A DNA stretch of 64,000 bases from an uncultured Gammaproteobacteria bacterium (lineage in GTDB: Bacteria > Cyanobacteriota > Vampirovibrionia > LMEP-6097): the NCBI GenBank assembly GCA_964438425.1, contig CAYTKM010000001.1:752401-816400 (forward strand), in the 5' to 3' direction. A program made the translations under genes and the position numbers. Under the pieces are notes generated by a model. The model made no database searches, was not told the DNA's origin, and saw only the letters and a program-made list of their open reading frames with translations. Of this stretch, positions 9,719-19,582 are shown one piece after another. Each line of letters opens with the position of its first letter. Position 1 is the stretch's first letter.

Positions 9719-10504
9719 ATGTTAACTATCTTCATTACAGCTGGCTTTCCAGATTTTGAGCGTAGTGTAAATGCTCTGCGTATTTTAGATAGCCAGAAAA
9801 TCAATTTAATCGAGCTAGGGGTGCCTTATTCTGACCCGCTAGCCGATGGTCCTGTAATCCAAGAAGCTTCTTATACGGCTATCGAGCAGGGTATGAACCT
9901 TGATCGTTTATTTGAGCTGATTGCTACTGCTAAGGACTACGCCGGTTACGACCCTAAAGCTAAGACCGGACTTAATAATATAATTTTGTTTGGTTATTAT
10001 AATGCGTTTTTTGCCTATGGTTTTGAAACTTTAATCGATAAAATGAAAGCAAGTCAGGTTAAAGGTTTGTTGATACCAGATTTACCAGTAAATGAGGCAA
10101 AAAAACTAAACTCTCAGCTGGCTGAGCATGGTCTAAGTTTAACTTTGCTCGCTGCTTTAACTAGCGATGAAGATAGGTTAGCTGAGATCGCTAAATTATC
10201 TGAGCCTTTTATCTATTTAGTTAGTACTATGGGAATCACCGGTTCTAAAGTAGATTTTAATCAAGAGCGCATTAAAAATATTATTTCGAAACTTAAGCAG
10301 GCTGCTCCAAGCACGCCTGTTGGTTTAGGTTTTGGTATTGATAGTGCTGCTAAAGTAGCAGAAGCTTATACTTTAGGGGCTGATCAGGCTATTATCGGCT
10401 CTAAAGCGCTTAAAGTGCTGGCAGCTGATGAAACTACTGAGCTAAATGAGTTTAAAGGTTTTATTGAGAGCTTGCAAAGTGCTAAGGTTGAAAGTCTAAA
10501 TTAG
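9719..10504 (+). CDS. trpA: Tryptophan synthase alpha chain (no adjacent trpB)
   Basis: Motifs FITAGFPD, ELGVPYSDPLADGPVIQ, GFGI; 261 aa. Confidence 0.85.
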   Translation: MLTIFITAGFPDFERSVNALRILDSQKINLIELGVPYSDPLADGPVIQEASYTAIEQGMNLDRLFELIATAKDYAGYDPKAKTGLNNIILFGYYNAFFAYGFETLIDKMKASQVKGLLIPDLPVNEAKKLNSQLAEHGLSLTLLAALTSDEDRLAEIAKLSEPFIYLVSTMGITGSKVDFNQERIKNIISKLKQAAPSTPVGLGFGIDSAAKVAEAYTLGADQAIIGSKALKVLAADETTELNEFKGFIESLQSAKVESLN

Positions 10505-10659
10505 TCTTTAAGACTCTTCTATACTGAAGTAAACTAAGTTCTTGGTATTTAAAGTAACTTAAAAATTATAAATCTATTATTTTTATGCATATTGGTTGTT
10601 TGCACTTTCTTATGTTTATGAAATTACTTGAAAAGTTTTAAAAATTGCAGTCTGAATAA

Positions 10660-10772
10660 TTAGAAAATTTTTCTAAATTCAACCTAAATTTGTAAATATT
10701 TTCTAATAAAGTATAAAAACTATAAAATTTTTCTAAAAAAGCACGGAATTTATAAAAATATTCTAAATTTTA
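10660..10772. repeat. Cluster of about four copies of an imperfect palindrome TTAGAAAATTTTTCTAAA / TTTTCTAAA in a convergent intergenic region
   Basis: Read directly: ttagaaaatttttctaaatt (10660-10679), tattttctaataaa, tataaaatttttctaaaaaa, tataaaaatattctaaatttta; the same motif family recurs at 23634-23717. Confidence 0.5.
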
Positions 10773-10928
10773 GCTAGGGGGATTTGATGCTAATTTTACC
10801 TAACATGGTTAACTGCAAACAGATCTAGGATGTTAAATTACCTGATACGGCTACCTGCAATTTAACCAGGAATGCTAATCTAAGGGTAATATTTAAAGTA
10901 TAAAGATTTAAGTTACTAAGCTATTAAT

Positions 10929-11612
10929 TTATAAATCAAGACCAGCAGTGATTTTTAATTCTTGCCCTGTAATACCGCGAGCGGCATCAGAACATAAATA
11001 ATAAGCGCTCGCGGCGATCTCCGCTGGCTTTAGCCAGCGGTCTTGCAAACTAGCTCCTAAATTAGCTTGAATTAAGTTTTCATCATGATGTAGCTGTTTT
11101 AAAGCTAGATCAGTTTCAACCCAGCCTGGTGAGATTAAATTTACTCTGATATTCCTGTAGGCTAACTCTAAAGCAAGACTTTTGGTTAGACCATATAAAG
11201 CAGCTTTGCTAGCAGCATAAGCCGAGCCCTCTTTTTCACCTAAGCTACCTGAGGTTGAACCTATGAAAATTATGCTGGCACCATCGATAAGATATTTTTC
11301 AAAAACTTTTAAAAGTCTAAAGTTGCCCATAAGATTAATATCAAGCACTTTCTCGACTTTTTCTAAATCTAAAGTTTCGATAGGAGTTTCTATAAAAATA
11401 CCAGCATTTAAAATTAGATTTTCTATTTTTAAGCTTGGTTTTAAAGCAAGATTAGTAGCTAAGTAATTTTCTATTGAGTAAAGTGAAGCTACGTTTAGTT
11501 CTTTAGAATCAGGAGCTAAAACTTTTTTATCTTTTTCAATAAAAAAATCAGCGGTAGCTTTACCGATTCCTCGGGAGCCACCGCTGATTAAAGTTGTGTA
11601 GTTTGAATTCAA
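10929..11612 (-). CDS. Short-chain dehydrogenase/reductase (SDR) family oxidoreductase
   Basis: Cofactor-binding motif LISGGSRGIGKATA and catalytic-region AYAASKAAL (YxxxK); 227 aa. Confidence 0.8.
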   Translation of the reverse strand: MNSNYTTLISGGSRGIGKATADFFIEKDKKVLAPDSKELNVASLYSIENYLATNLALKPSLKIENLILNAGIFIETPIETLDLEKVEKVLDINLMGNFRLLKVFEKYLIDGASIIFIGSTSGSLGEKEGSAYAASKAALYGLTKSLALELAYRNIRVNLISPGWVETDLALKQLHHDENLIQANLGASLQDRWLKPAEIAASAYYLCSDAARGITGQELKITAGLDL

Positions 11613-11615
11613 CTA

Positions 11616-11840
11616 TTAAACAAGTTGTAATTCAGGCTTTTCTTCGTCCAGAATTGCACCTTCGATAGGGCAAGCTGATAGACAAGCACCACAATCGATG
11701 CAAGTTTCGTGATCGATGTATGGGTATTTGAAACCTTTCTCGTTTTTCTTGTCTTCTACCCAGTGGATACAATCAACTGGACATACCGGGATACAATCCG
11801 CAGCACCTTCACAAATTTCTGAAACTATAGTGTATGGCAT
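11616..11840 (-). CDS. Ferredoxin with two Cys clusters (7Fe/2x[4Fe-4S]-type)
   Basis: Cys motifs CPVDCI and CIDCGACLSACP; 74 aa; 3-bp gap to SDR gene. Confidence 0.8.
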   Translation of the reverse strand: MPYTIVSEICEGAADCIPVCPVDCIHWVEDKKNEKGFKYPYIDHETCIDCGACLSACPIEGAILDEEKPELQLV

Positions 11841-12226
11841 AATGTTTACTCCTTAAACTCTCTTAAAAATTCAACCCAACTAAAGGTTATAAAAATATAC
11901 TAGCAACTGATAGTTTGTGTTGTAACTATTGAGAATTATTCTTATTAAGTTTAATGTTTATTTGTGTTTTTTTAGTTTGAGCTTTTAAGTAATTTAATAA
12001 AAGTATAAAAATAAAATAAGTTAATCAGGCTTTAGATAAAAATCCAGATTTAGTGTAATAACATTGTTATTACCGAATTCTTCGTGCTAAAAAAATTAAT
12101 AAAGTATTACAGTTTAATTTATATAGCTGTATGTGGCCTAGTCACGGCTTAAGTTTGCTTCTTATATAAAGATCAATATTTAAACCTCTTAACGGTAAAT
12201 TAATTTATCTATGGCTAACTAAGTAT

Positions 12227-12592
12227 GTGCAGCAGACTTCAACTACGCAAGTTAAAACTAATAATAATCAAGAAAATAGTAATATTACTAGTGATCTTGA
12301 TAAGTTAGCTCTTGAACTTATTAACCAACGTACTTCAGCTACTTCTAACGAAGAAGTTAGTTTAATTAATGCTGCTTTAGCTGACATTCAGGTCCAAAAA
12401 GGCTACGCGCCAGCTGAGACTGCTAATGTCTCTGGTATTGTGGCACTTGATCAAGCAGCTGAAAATACAGCTATTCAGGAAGTGAATTCAGTGCCTATTA
12501 AGGGCCCTTTTAAAACTTATGATGAACACCATCGTGTAAATAAAGTGAATATTAATGGTCTTGAAGCTTTATTATTTAGTAAAGCTGCTTAA
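12227..12592 (+). CDS. Hypothetical protein (Asn/Gln/Thr/Ser-rich N-terminus)
   Basis: ORF 121 aa, no recognisable motif. Confidence 0.4.
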   Translation: MQQTSTTQVKTNNNQENSNITSDLDKLALELINQRTSATSNEEVSLINAALADIQVQKGYAPAETANVSGIVALDQAAENTAIQEVNSVPIKGPFKTYDEHHRVNKVNINGLEALLFSKAA

Positions 12593-12917
12593 AGACTGAC
12601 TCGTTAATACTTTTTACGGTATTTTTTATTATTATTTTAAAATTTTTATATTGTATATTTGAGCTCTGTTTGAATATACGATTTTTTATTATATTGGAAA
12701 ATAATTTTTCTTAACTCTTTAAATTTATCTAATCTAGCAAAGATAATATTATTGATAAAATGATACTTAGCTTAATATAAAGCAGCTAGCTTTATAGATT
12801 TGATAAGAAATTTAAAAATTTTTGAATTAAATTAAGCTTTTGTTAATAATTTACTTGACAAATACGTAATACAAATATTATGATTAAGTTAAAGGTTGAT
12901 TAAGAACTCGTTAATAC

Positions 12918-13727
12918 ATGACTATCGCAAACACTACAGGCCATATCAATAATCTTCAATTCGCGGCTCGCACGCAACAAAGATCACCTGTAAACAATAA
13001 TGCTTTAGCAAATAAACTTGACCGTCTTAATGAAATACGTGAAGAGCAAGCTGAAAGATTAAGAGAACAGCAAGAATTAGCTGCTGAGATTCAAGAAATC
13101 GCTCGCACTGAAGAAATTAATCTTGAAGAGATTGCTGAGCAGTTTGATCCAACTGAGCCTACTGTTGTTGATGAATTTGTAGGTTATCAGCAAGGTTCAG
13201 CGGTTGATAGAGAGAGAGAAAGAGACGAAGAAAGACGTCGCCGTCGTCAGAAAGCTGAAGCTATCAGAGCTACTAAAGGCGTTGCCTCAGCTGATGAGAT
13301 CGCTGATCAAATCGCACCAAATTTCGCTGGTGATGTTAATGCTTTAGCTGAAATCGAAAATAATTACTTAGATAGCCTTGAGTATAGTGATGATACTATC
13401 GATGAGTTGTCGCCAGATAGCTTGTTTGCAAACTGGGTTAATGATGATGAGCCAGCTAATAAAAGAACTACTAAATTAAAGCCACCACCGATATCTGAAA
13501 CACCACCTTATTTCAGAAGATCAGCTTTTGATCCTACTAAAGACAAAAACACTGGTGCAAGTGCTAATCCTGATTACTGGAAAGCTGCTTTAGCTTCTGC
13601 TGGCTTAAATAAAGGTTTATATATCTTAGGTTATTTATTGCGTCATGGCAGTTTAAAAGAAGTTAACGTAGTGGCTGCTGAAATTTTAGCTAAGTACCAA
13701 AACCTAACTATTACAGCTGATGCTTAA
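12918..13727 (+). CDS. Hypothetical acidic, charged-repeat protein (EERRRRRQKAE, RERERDEE)
   Basis: ORF 269 aa; highly charged, probably disordered/coiled-coil; no signal peptide. Confidence 0.5.
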   Translation: MTIANTTGHINNLQFAARTQQRSPVNNNALANKLDRLNEIREEQAERLREQQELAAEIQEIARTEEINLEEIAEQFDPTEPTVVDEFVGYQQGSAVDRERERDEERRRRRQKAEAIRATKGVASADEIADQIAPNFAGDVNALAEIENNYLDSLEYSDDTIDELSPDSLFANWVNDDEPANKRTTKLKPPPISETPPYFRRSAFDPTKDKNTGASANPDYWKAALASAGLNKGLYILGYLLRHGSLKEVNVVAAEILAKYQNLTITADA

Positions 13728-14067
13728 TTAAAATAAAATTTAAAGCACTTAAAATTTATAATATTACTGTTATTGCAGATTATATTTAAATAACCATGGA
13801 CTGTAGAGCTAGCGCTAAATTATAAATTACTTTAAACTATTAAAAAAAATGAACTTTTAATATTAGGATTTTAATTAAAGCTTAGGTAAATTTAATAAAA
13901 CTTATTATCTTGTTTAATGATTTAGGTAAATATTATAAGCTAGCTAGGCTATTTAGCCTAGTAGGCTTGTGAGTTTCTAGTCTGTTAAGTTGAGCTGGTT
14001 TAGGGTTTTGCTTAAGTTAAGACCAAATGTCTATGCATATTTTTAAAAAGTTTTTAATAATTGATTT

Positions 14068-14820
14068 ATGTCTAACATAGATTCATCAAGTAAAATTCCT
14101 TATCCTTCTTATATTGCTAGGTATGAAGCTAATAAGAAACGTAAATACAATAATTTAAGTGAAGCCAGAAAGATATATGAGCATGATACTGGAAATAAAG
14201 TTTTACCTTATGAAAGTGAATGGCATCATATTAACTGGAATCGCGCAGATGGGCGCTCACATAACTTGCATCCTATGTCACATGAGCAGCACTTGCAGGT
14301 TCATCAGCAGTTGCAACAGATGATTACCGATTTAATTGATGCTCACGTGATAGCTTTTGATAAAAAAGGACCGAACTATTATATTACAGATGACGGGCTG
14401 ATAGAAAAGCTACAAAACCTCCAAAAGAAACGCCAAAATCTCGCTACTATCGCTGAAAGAAATCGTCTAACGGATTTGCATACCGTTAAAGTTAACGATT
14501 ACACTAGTAAAAATGATTTTAAGAGTGATTCTTCCTACGTGCAGGCAAGTATAGATGATAGACCTGAAATAAATCTAAAACAAGCTATGCAAAAAGTGTT
14601 TACCCACTTATTAGATCAAAATGCTATTTCATATGATAAAAAACGCGCACGTTACTATTTTAGTGATAGTAGTATCGTAAATAAGTTTAAAAAACTGTAT
14701 AAACAGGAAAAATCTAATCAAGCTAAAGCTGAAAAAATAAACTCAGATGTTGATAAAGATAAGTTGAGATATCAAGAAGAGCGCAGACGAAATGTAGCTG
14801 GTTTATTTTCAAGAAAGTAA
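14068..14820 (+). CDS. Hypothetical protein with HNH-nuclease-like motif (no Zn-binding cysteines) followed by two ~30-aa internal repeats
   Basis: Segment YESEWHHINWNRADGRSHNLHPMSHEQHLQVH fits the HH-x-N/DG-NL-HxxxH pattern of HNH/His-Me finger nucleases; repeats HVIAFDKKGPNYYITDDGLIEKLQNLQKK / NAISYDKKRARYYFSDSSIVNKFKKLYKQ. Confidence 0.45.
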   Translation: MSNIDSSSKIPYPSYIARYEANKKRKYNNLSEARKIYEHDTGNKVLPYESEWHHINWNRADGRSHNLHPMSHEQHLQVHQQLQQMITDLIDAHVIAFDKKGPNYYITDDGLIEKLQNLQKKRQNLATIAERNRLTDLHTVKVNDYTSKNDFKSDSSYVQASIDDRPEINLKQAMQKVFTHLLDQNAISYDKKRARYYFSDSSIVNKFKKLYKQEKSNQAKAEKINSDVDKDKLRYQEERRRNVAGLFSRK

Positions 14821-14865
14821 GTTTGATCATAAATTTGATACCTTTATAATTTTTTTATAAAATTA

Positions 14866-15507
14866 TTGTCAATACTAATTGTGTATATACTATATATTAG
14901 TATGAATGTATCCTTAGCACCTAAAGTAAATGCACGACCTCCAGGAGGAGGCAGACCAATTGATAGCCGAAAAAATAATATTGGTCTTCACAATATTAAA
15001 GAGCAAGGTAAAATTGCAGCGGTTCAAGCCGAAGCTCTTGAAGAGCAGTTACTCTTACAAGAAGAGCAGCAGGTTCAAGATGACGCTTTTGTTAATGCTA
15101 AGCCAACTACTTTAAAGAGTAAGGTTGAAACAGCAGCAGCAGCTTGGGGAGCAGTAGCTAATAAAGATGAAAAATCATCTGGTGACACCCAGCCTAAATC
15201 TAAAGTCGATGAACTTAAAGACTTAGGAAAATCTTTTTTCGCTGGTATCTTTAATAGTGAAAAACCTAAAGCTAGTAAAACTGATAGAACTACAGGACAG
15301 ACTTTAGCTAATACTTCAGGTTTAAATACTAAAGATAGCAAAAACAGTGCTCAATATATGGTGTCACAATTCAGAAACTTTAATTCTAAAGTGACAGATA
15401 ACTTACAGAAGAAAATGCAGTCAGCTTCTAGGTTTGCTTTTAATAGTAGCGGTAAAGTTTCTCAATTTATAGAAGCAGCTAGAACTAGACAAATGGTTGT
15501 AGCATAG
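14866..15507 (+). CDS. Hypothetical low-complexity protein (Lys/Ser/Ala-rich); start may be the internal Met at ~14905 (MNVSLAPK)
   Basis: ORF 213 aa; no domain recognised. Confidence 0.4.
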   Translation: MSILIVYILYISMNVSLAPKVNARPPGGGRPIDSRKNNIGLHNIKEQGKIAAVQAEALEEQLLLQEEQQVQDDAFVNAKPTTLKSKVETAAAAWGAVANKDEKSSGDTQPKSKVDELKDLGKSFFAGIFNSEKPKASKTDRTTGQTLANTSGLNTKDSKNSAQYMVSQFRNFNSKVTDNLQKKMQSASRFAFNSSGKVSQFIEAARTRQMVVA

Positions 15508-15768
15508 ACAAGCTAATAATTAAGAGCTTACTTATAATATTTTAAGTAAGCTCTAACTAAAAAGTAGTTAGTTATAAACAATAGTGTTTTAGAGACTATT
15601 ACACTATTGTTTAACTTTAGTCTTCACTAAATAGTATTTAATTTTTCAGGGATCGGCTTTTGTCTCATAGTAAGTGGCGCGCAGCTTCGATATGCGCGCC
15701 AAGTTAATACTATAGTTTTATAAAAACTTTTTTTCGATTTTTATTTTTGTGCTGAAGCTGTCAGCTTT

Positions 15769-17145
15769 TTACTTAGCCGTACTTTTATTTCTTACCGGTA
15801 AATTTTTAATCTGCTGGCGTGGTCTGGCTATCGCTAAAGAATCAGCTGGCACATCATCTGTGATTACTGAACCAGCAGCCACAGCTGAGCCTTCACCAAT
15901 TTTAATAGGCGCGATCAAGACTGAATTAGCTCCAGTATTGACGTTTTTTGAAATTACTGTAGTCGATTTCTCGCCGCTTAAAGCATCGTAGTTAGCTGTT
16001 ACCGTACCAGCACCGATATTTACATTAGATTTTATGTGAGCGTCACCTAAATAAGCTAAATGCGCTGCTGCCGTATACTCATCAATAATCGAATTTTTCA
16101 CTTCCACGAAGCTACCGATACGCGTATGGTGCGAGATATCACTACCGAAGCGGATATTAGCGTACGGACCGATATTAGAGTGCTCGCCCACTGAACTTCT
16201 AGAAATTTGCGAGCTGTTAACGATACTATGTGCGCCGATTTCAGCAGGACCGTTAATAACCGTATTAGGTCCAATCTGACAGTTATGACCGATAGTTACC
16301 CTTCTTTGAATAAAAGTACCAGGTAAAATAGTTGTATCGTGACCGATATCAGCATCTGGACTAATTAAGGTGCTGCTAGGATCAACGATGGTTACACCAT
16401 TTTCCATAAGTCTTTTTAAAGTTTGCTTATTTTTATATTCATATACTTTGGCGATATCTTCGCGGTTATTAACACCTTTCGCTTCGTATGGGTCTTTTAA
16501 ATTATGATGAGTGATCTTTAAACCCTGTCTGTAGCACCATTCAACTAAATCAGTCAGGTAATATTCTTCTTGAGCGTTATTCGAGCTTAAACGCTTTAGA
16601 CCTTCTTTAACGAACTGCCATTCTAGTAAGTACGTTCCACAATTAATTTCATTAATCGCTTGCTCAGGCTCAGAGCAGTCCTTATCTTCTTTAATGCTAA
16701 TAATCTTACCGTTACGTTTAATAATACGCCCGTAGCCGTATGGATCATCTACCTTGCAGGTAAGTAAAGTCATATGTGAGGCGTTATTATGGTGACTACG
16801 CAGCATAGCGTTAATCGTATCTGAATTAATCAGTGGCGTATCACCGTTAACGACAAGTAAAGTGCCATCGAAATTTTCTAGGGAATCTTGCGCGCATAGC
16901 ACTGCGTGACCTGTACCCATCGGTTCATCTTGGTCAATAGTTTCTACAGGATAAGCGTGCAGAAAGTCTTTGACTACTTCTTTTTTATGACCGCAAACCA
17001 CCATAATTTCATCTTGATCGACTTCAGCTAGACTATCTAAAACCCAAGCTAAAATAGGTTTATCAAAGATTTTATGTAACACTTTAGGAGTGTTAGATCT
17101 TAATCTACTACCTCTACCAGCCGCTAAAACTAAGGTTTTAATCAT
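15769..17145 (-). CDS. glmU: Bifunctional GlmU: UDP-N-acetylglucosamine pyrophosphorylase / glucosamine-1-phosphate N-acetyltransferase
   Basis: N-terminal MIKTLVLAAGRGSRLRSNTPKVLH nucleotidyltransferase motif; C-terminal left-handed beta-helix hexapeptide repeats; start taken at ATG 17143-17145 rather than upstream TTG. Confidence 0.9.
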   Translation of the reverse strand: MIKTLVLAAGRGSRLRSNTPKVLHKIFDKPILAWVLDSLAEVDQDEIMVVCGHKKEVVKDFLHAYPVETIDQDEPMGTGHAVLCAQDSLENFDGTLLVVNGDTPLINSDTINAMLRSHHNNASHMTLLTCKVDDPYGYGRIIKRNGKIISIKEDKDCSEPEQAINEINCGTYLLEWQFVKEGLKRLSSNNAQEEYYLTDLVEWCYRQGLKITHHNLKDPYEAKGVNNREDIAKVYEYKNKQTLKRLMENGVTIVDPSSTLISPDADIGHDTTILPGTFIQRRVTIGHNCQIGPNTVINGPAEIGAHSIVNSSQISRSSVGEHSNIGPYANIRFGSDISHHTRIGSFVEVKNSIIDEYTAAAHLAYLGDAHIKSNVNIGAGTVTANYDALSGEKSTTVISKNVNTGANSVLIAPIKIGEGSAVAAGSVITDDVPADSLAIARPRQQIKNLPVRNKSTAK

Positions 17146-17254
17146 GGCTATTAATAATACCAAATAATCTTAACAATTACTTCATTTTTTACCTAATTCG
17201 TAAACTAAATAGAAAATTTTGTCAAATCTGCTTAGTTATTAGCCTTATATAAGC

Positions 17255-17494
17255 ATGAATACACTTTTCTTAGACTCTGGATACATGGAAGATAACACTG
17301 CTGGTGTAGCAGCTAATTCTAAGACTGATGCGTATACAGTTGCGTATAATGCAAGTCAAATTTACCAAGCTCAAAAAGCGATGGAAAAGTACGGTTCTAA
17401 GATGAGTGGTACTAATGAAGATGAGCGTGAGCTTAATAAAAACAAGTACTACCAAATGCTAAGTCGTATCCGCGAACTTAAAGAAAAACTTTAA
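17255..17494 (+). CDS. Hypothetical small protein (79 aa)
   Basis: ORF followed 33 nt downstream by a strong intrinsic terminator. Confidence 0.45.
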   Translation: MNTLFLDSGYMEDNTAGVAANSKTDAYTVAYNASQIYQAQKAMEKYGSKMSGTNEDERELNKNKYYQMLSRIRELKEKL

Positions 17495-17526
17495 AACTCC
17501 CAAACCCCAACCTAATCTAATCTAAA

Positions 17527-17572
17527 AAACTCCCTCAGCCCTATTAAATGGATCCTGAGGGAGTTTTTTTAT
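17527..17572 (+). terminator. Rho-independent terminator (A-tract / 9-10 bp GC-rich stem / T7), potentially bidirectional
   Basis: aaaaaaCTCCCTCAGccctattaaatggatCCTGAGGGAGttttttt read directly. Confidence 0.8.
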
Positions 17573-17786
17573 ATGAATCGACTGTGAAATTTATATTTAA
17601 TAGAGTGTTATATAAATATTTATGAGATTAATAAGTATGCACAAGTTTAAGGAAGAGCAACTTCTATAAAAGTGATATGTTTATTTATTCTTTTATAAAA
17701 TATAAATAAACATATTAAACAAAGTTCTATCCATAAAGCCTTAAGCAGCAGATCTCATTTAAATAGTAAAATAGATATCTTAGTAA

Positions 17787-18443
17787 GTGCTAAAACCGAA
17801 TTTTAATCACTGCAAAGTACTAATAATTGATAATCATGATAGTTTTACCTATAATTTGGTGTATTACTTAAATGAGTTAGGCGCGCAAACTCTAGTTATT
17901 AATGATCTAGACCTTAACTTAAGTGATTTTGAACAAAACTACCTTAATTTAAGCTCATTAAAGGCATTACATATTACACATATCTTACTTTCACCTGGTC
18001 CAGGCACGCCAGAGCAGGCTACTTATAATAACCTTACGCTAAGTAACCTTGCAGGTAAGTTACCGATACTTGGAGTTTGTTTAGGGCATCAGTGTCTAGC
18101 TATTTTTGCTGGCGCTGCTGTAGCTCCCAGCGTGCAGCTAATGCATGGTATGACTAGTTTAGTTAGTTTAAGTACTAAAGCTATTAATGAGCCTATTTTT
18201 AGGAGTATACCCAGCCAATTTACTGTTTGCCGCTATCATTCTTTGTTAATAAATCAAGAAAGTGTTAAAAATAGTGAACTAGAGCTGCTTGCACTTGCTG
18301 GTGAGCAAGATATAAATAACTCAGCTATTATGGCGATAAAACATAAAAAACATAAAAATTTATATGGCGTGCAGTTCCACCCTGAGGCTATCTTAACTGA
18401 ATATGGACATCAGCTATTAATAAATTTTTTAGCCTTAGTTTGA
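17787..18443 (+). CDS. Glutamine amidotransferase, anthranilate/aminodeoxychorismate synthase component II (TrpG/PabA); GTG start
   Basis: Motifs LIIDNHDSFTYNLV, GVCLGHQ (catalytic Cys), GVQFHPE; 218 aa; no trpE/pabB adjacent. Confidence 0.8.
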   Translation: MLKPNFNHCKVLIIDNHDSFTYNLVYYLNELGAQTLVINDLDLNLSDFEQNYLNLSSLKALHITHILLSPGPGTPEQATYNNLTLSNLAGKLPILGVCLGHQCLAIFAGAAVAPSVQLMHGMTSLVSLSTKAINEPIFRSIPSQFTVCRYHSLLINQESVKNSELELLALAGEQDINNSAIMAIKHKKHKNLYGVQFHPEAILTEYGHQLLINFLALV

Positions 18444-18499
18444 AGTAGTATTACGATTTAAGGTGGAAATACCTTTGTCTTTGCTATAATATAAGCTTT

Positions 18500-19582
18500 A
18501 TGAAAGTTCTCGGTATAAATACAGGCACTTCTCTTGATGCTGTAGATTTGTGTCTGGTTGACTGGCAGGATGTCAATAACCCGAAAGCATTTGAAATTTT
18601 AGCTAGTAAAAGCTATCCTTTCGTTCCTGAGGTCAAAAAGCTAATAGATCGCTTAATACGCAGGCAAGAAGGTAGTCTGCAAATGATTTCTGACCTGAAT
18701 TTTTCATATACCGAATTTATTGCAGCTAAAGTTGCTGAGTTTAAAGCTGAATTTAGTGATTTGGAGATCGAAGTCATCGGCTTTCACGGTCAAACTATTT
18801 TTCATAGCACCCATAGCACTTGGCAGCTAGGAGACGGCTCTGTGCTGGCTAACTTGACTGGCATACATACAGTCTCTGATTTTAGAAAAGCAGATATGTC
18901 TGTTGGTGGCTGCGGCGCGCCTTTAATTAGTTATCTCGATGATCAGTTATTGCGCTCAGATACTGAAAATTTAGCGACTTTGAATTTAGGTGGCATCGCT
19001 AATATTACTGTCATGATTAAAGATCAACCGACTATCGCTTATGATACTGGTCCAGGTAATACTTTGATTGATGTTTTATGCGCTAAACTTTTTCATACAC
19101 CTTTCGATAAAAATGGTGATATCGCAAATAACGGCAAAATTAACGAAAACTTTGTCCACCAAATCATTAAAAATCAGGATTACTTCCAGCTAGAACCACC
19201 AAAAGCAAGTGGTAGAGAGTACTTTAACCAAAAATTTGCTGATAAATTCTTGGATTTAGGTAATAAAAGTAATATTATCAGCTCAGTTAGTTATTTAACG
19301 GTAAAGTCTATATCGATTGAACTAGCTAAATACCCGATCGAAAAAGTTTTAGTTTCTGGCGGCGGCGTTAATAATAAATTTATTATGGATAAACTAAAAG
19401 TAGAAAATCCAACGATTAATTTTACCAATCACGATGAATTTAATATTGAAAGTCAGTTTAAAGAAGCTGTTTTATTCTCTTTATTAGCTTTTACTAGCTA
19501 TAATAAAGTCCCCAACAATATTCCTAGCTCCACAGGCGCTAGCAAAGAAGTAATTTTAGGAAAAATCACATATGTCAATTAA
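18500..19582 (+). CDS. anmK: Anhydro-N-acetylmuramic acid kinase
   Basis: N-terminal GINTGTSLDAVDLCLV matches AnmK SGTSLDGVD signature; 360 aa. Confidence 0.8.
   Translation: MKVLGINTGTSLDAVDLCLVDWQDVNNPKAFEILASKSYPFVPEVKKLIDRLIRRQEGSLQMISDLNFSYTEFIAAKVAEFKAEFSDLEIEVIGFHGQTIFHSTHSTWQLGDGSVLANLTGIHTVSDFRKADMSVGGCGAPLISYLDDQLLRSDTENLATLNLGGIANITVMIKDQPTIAYDTGPGNTLIDVLCAKLFHTPFDKNGDIANNGKINENFVHQIIKNQDYFQLEPPKASGREYFNQKFADKFLDLGNKSNIISSVSYLTVKSISIELAKYPIEKVLVSGGGVNNKFIMDKLKVENPTINFTNHDEFNIESQFKEAVLFSLLAFTSYNKVPNNIPSSTGASKEVILGKITYVN

Noticed and set aside
15749-15991. 80-aa + strand ORF and other short ORFs (2289..2522, 4018..4221, 6360..6593, 7686..7886, 11263..11466, 14930..15115, 15075..15341, 17270..17455, 26908..27153, 27340..27600, 28232..28420, 29766..29969, 34148..34366, 37552..37755, 49132..49377, 56096..56311, 61825..62151, 62752..62940, 265..498)
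   Set aside because: All overlap larger, well-supported genes in another frame or strand. No independent support.
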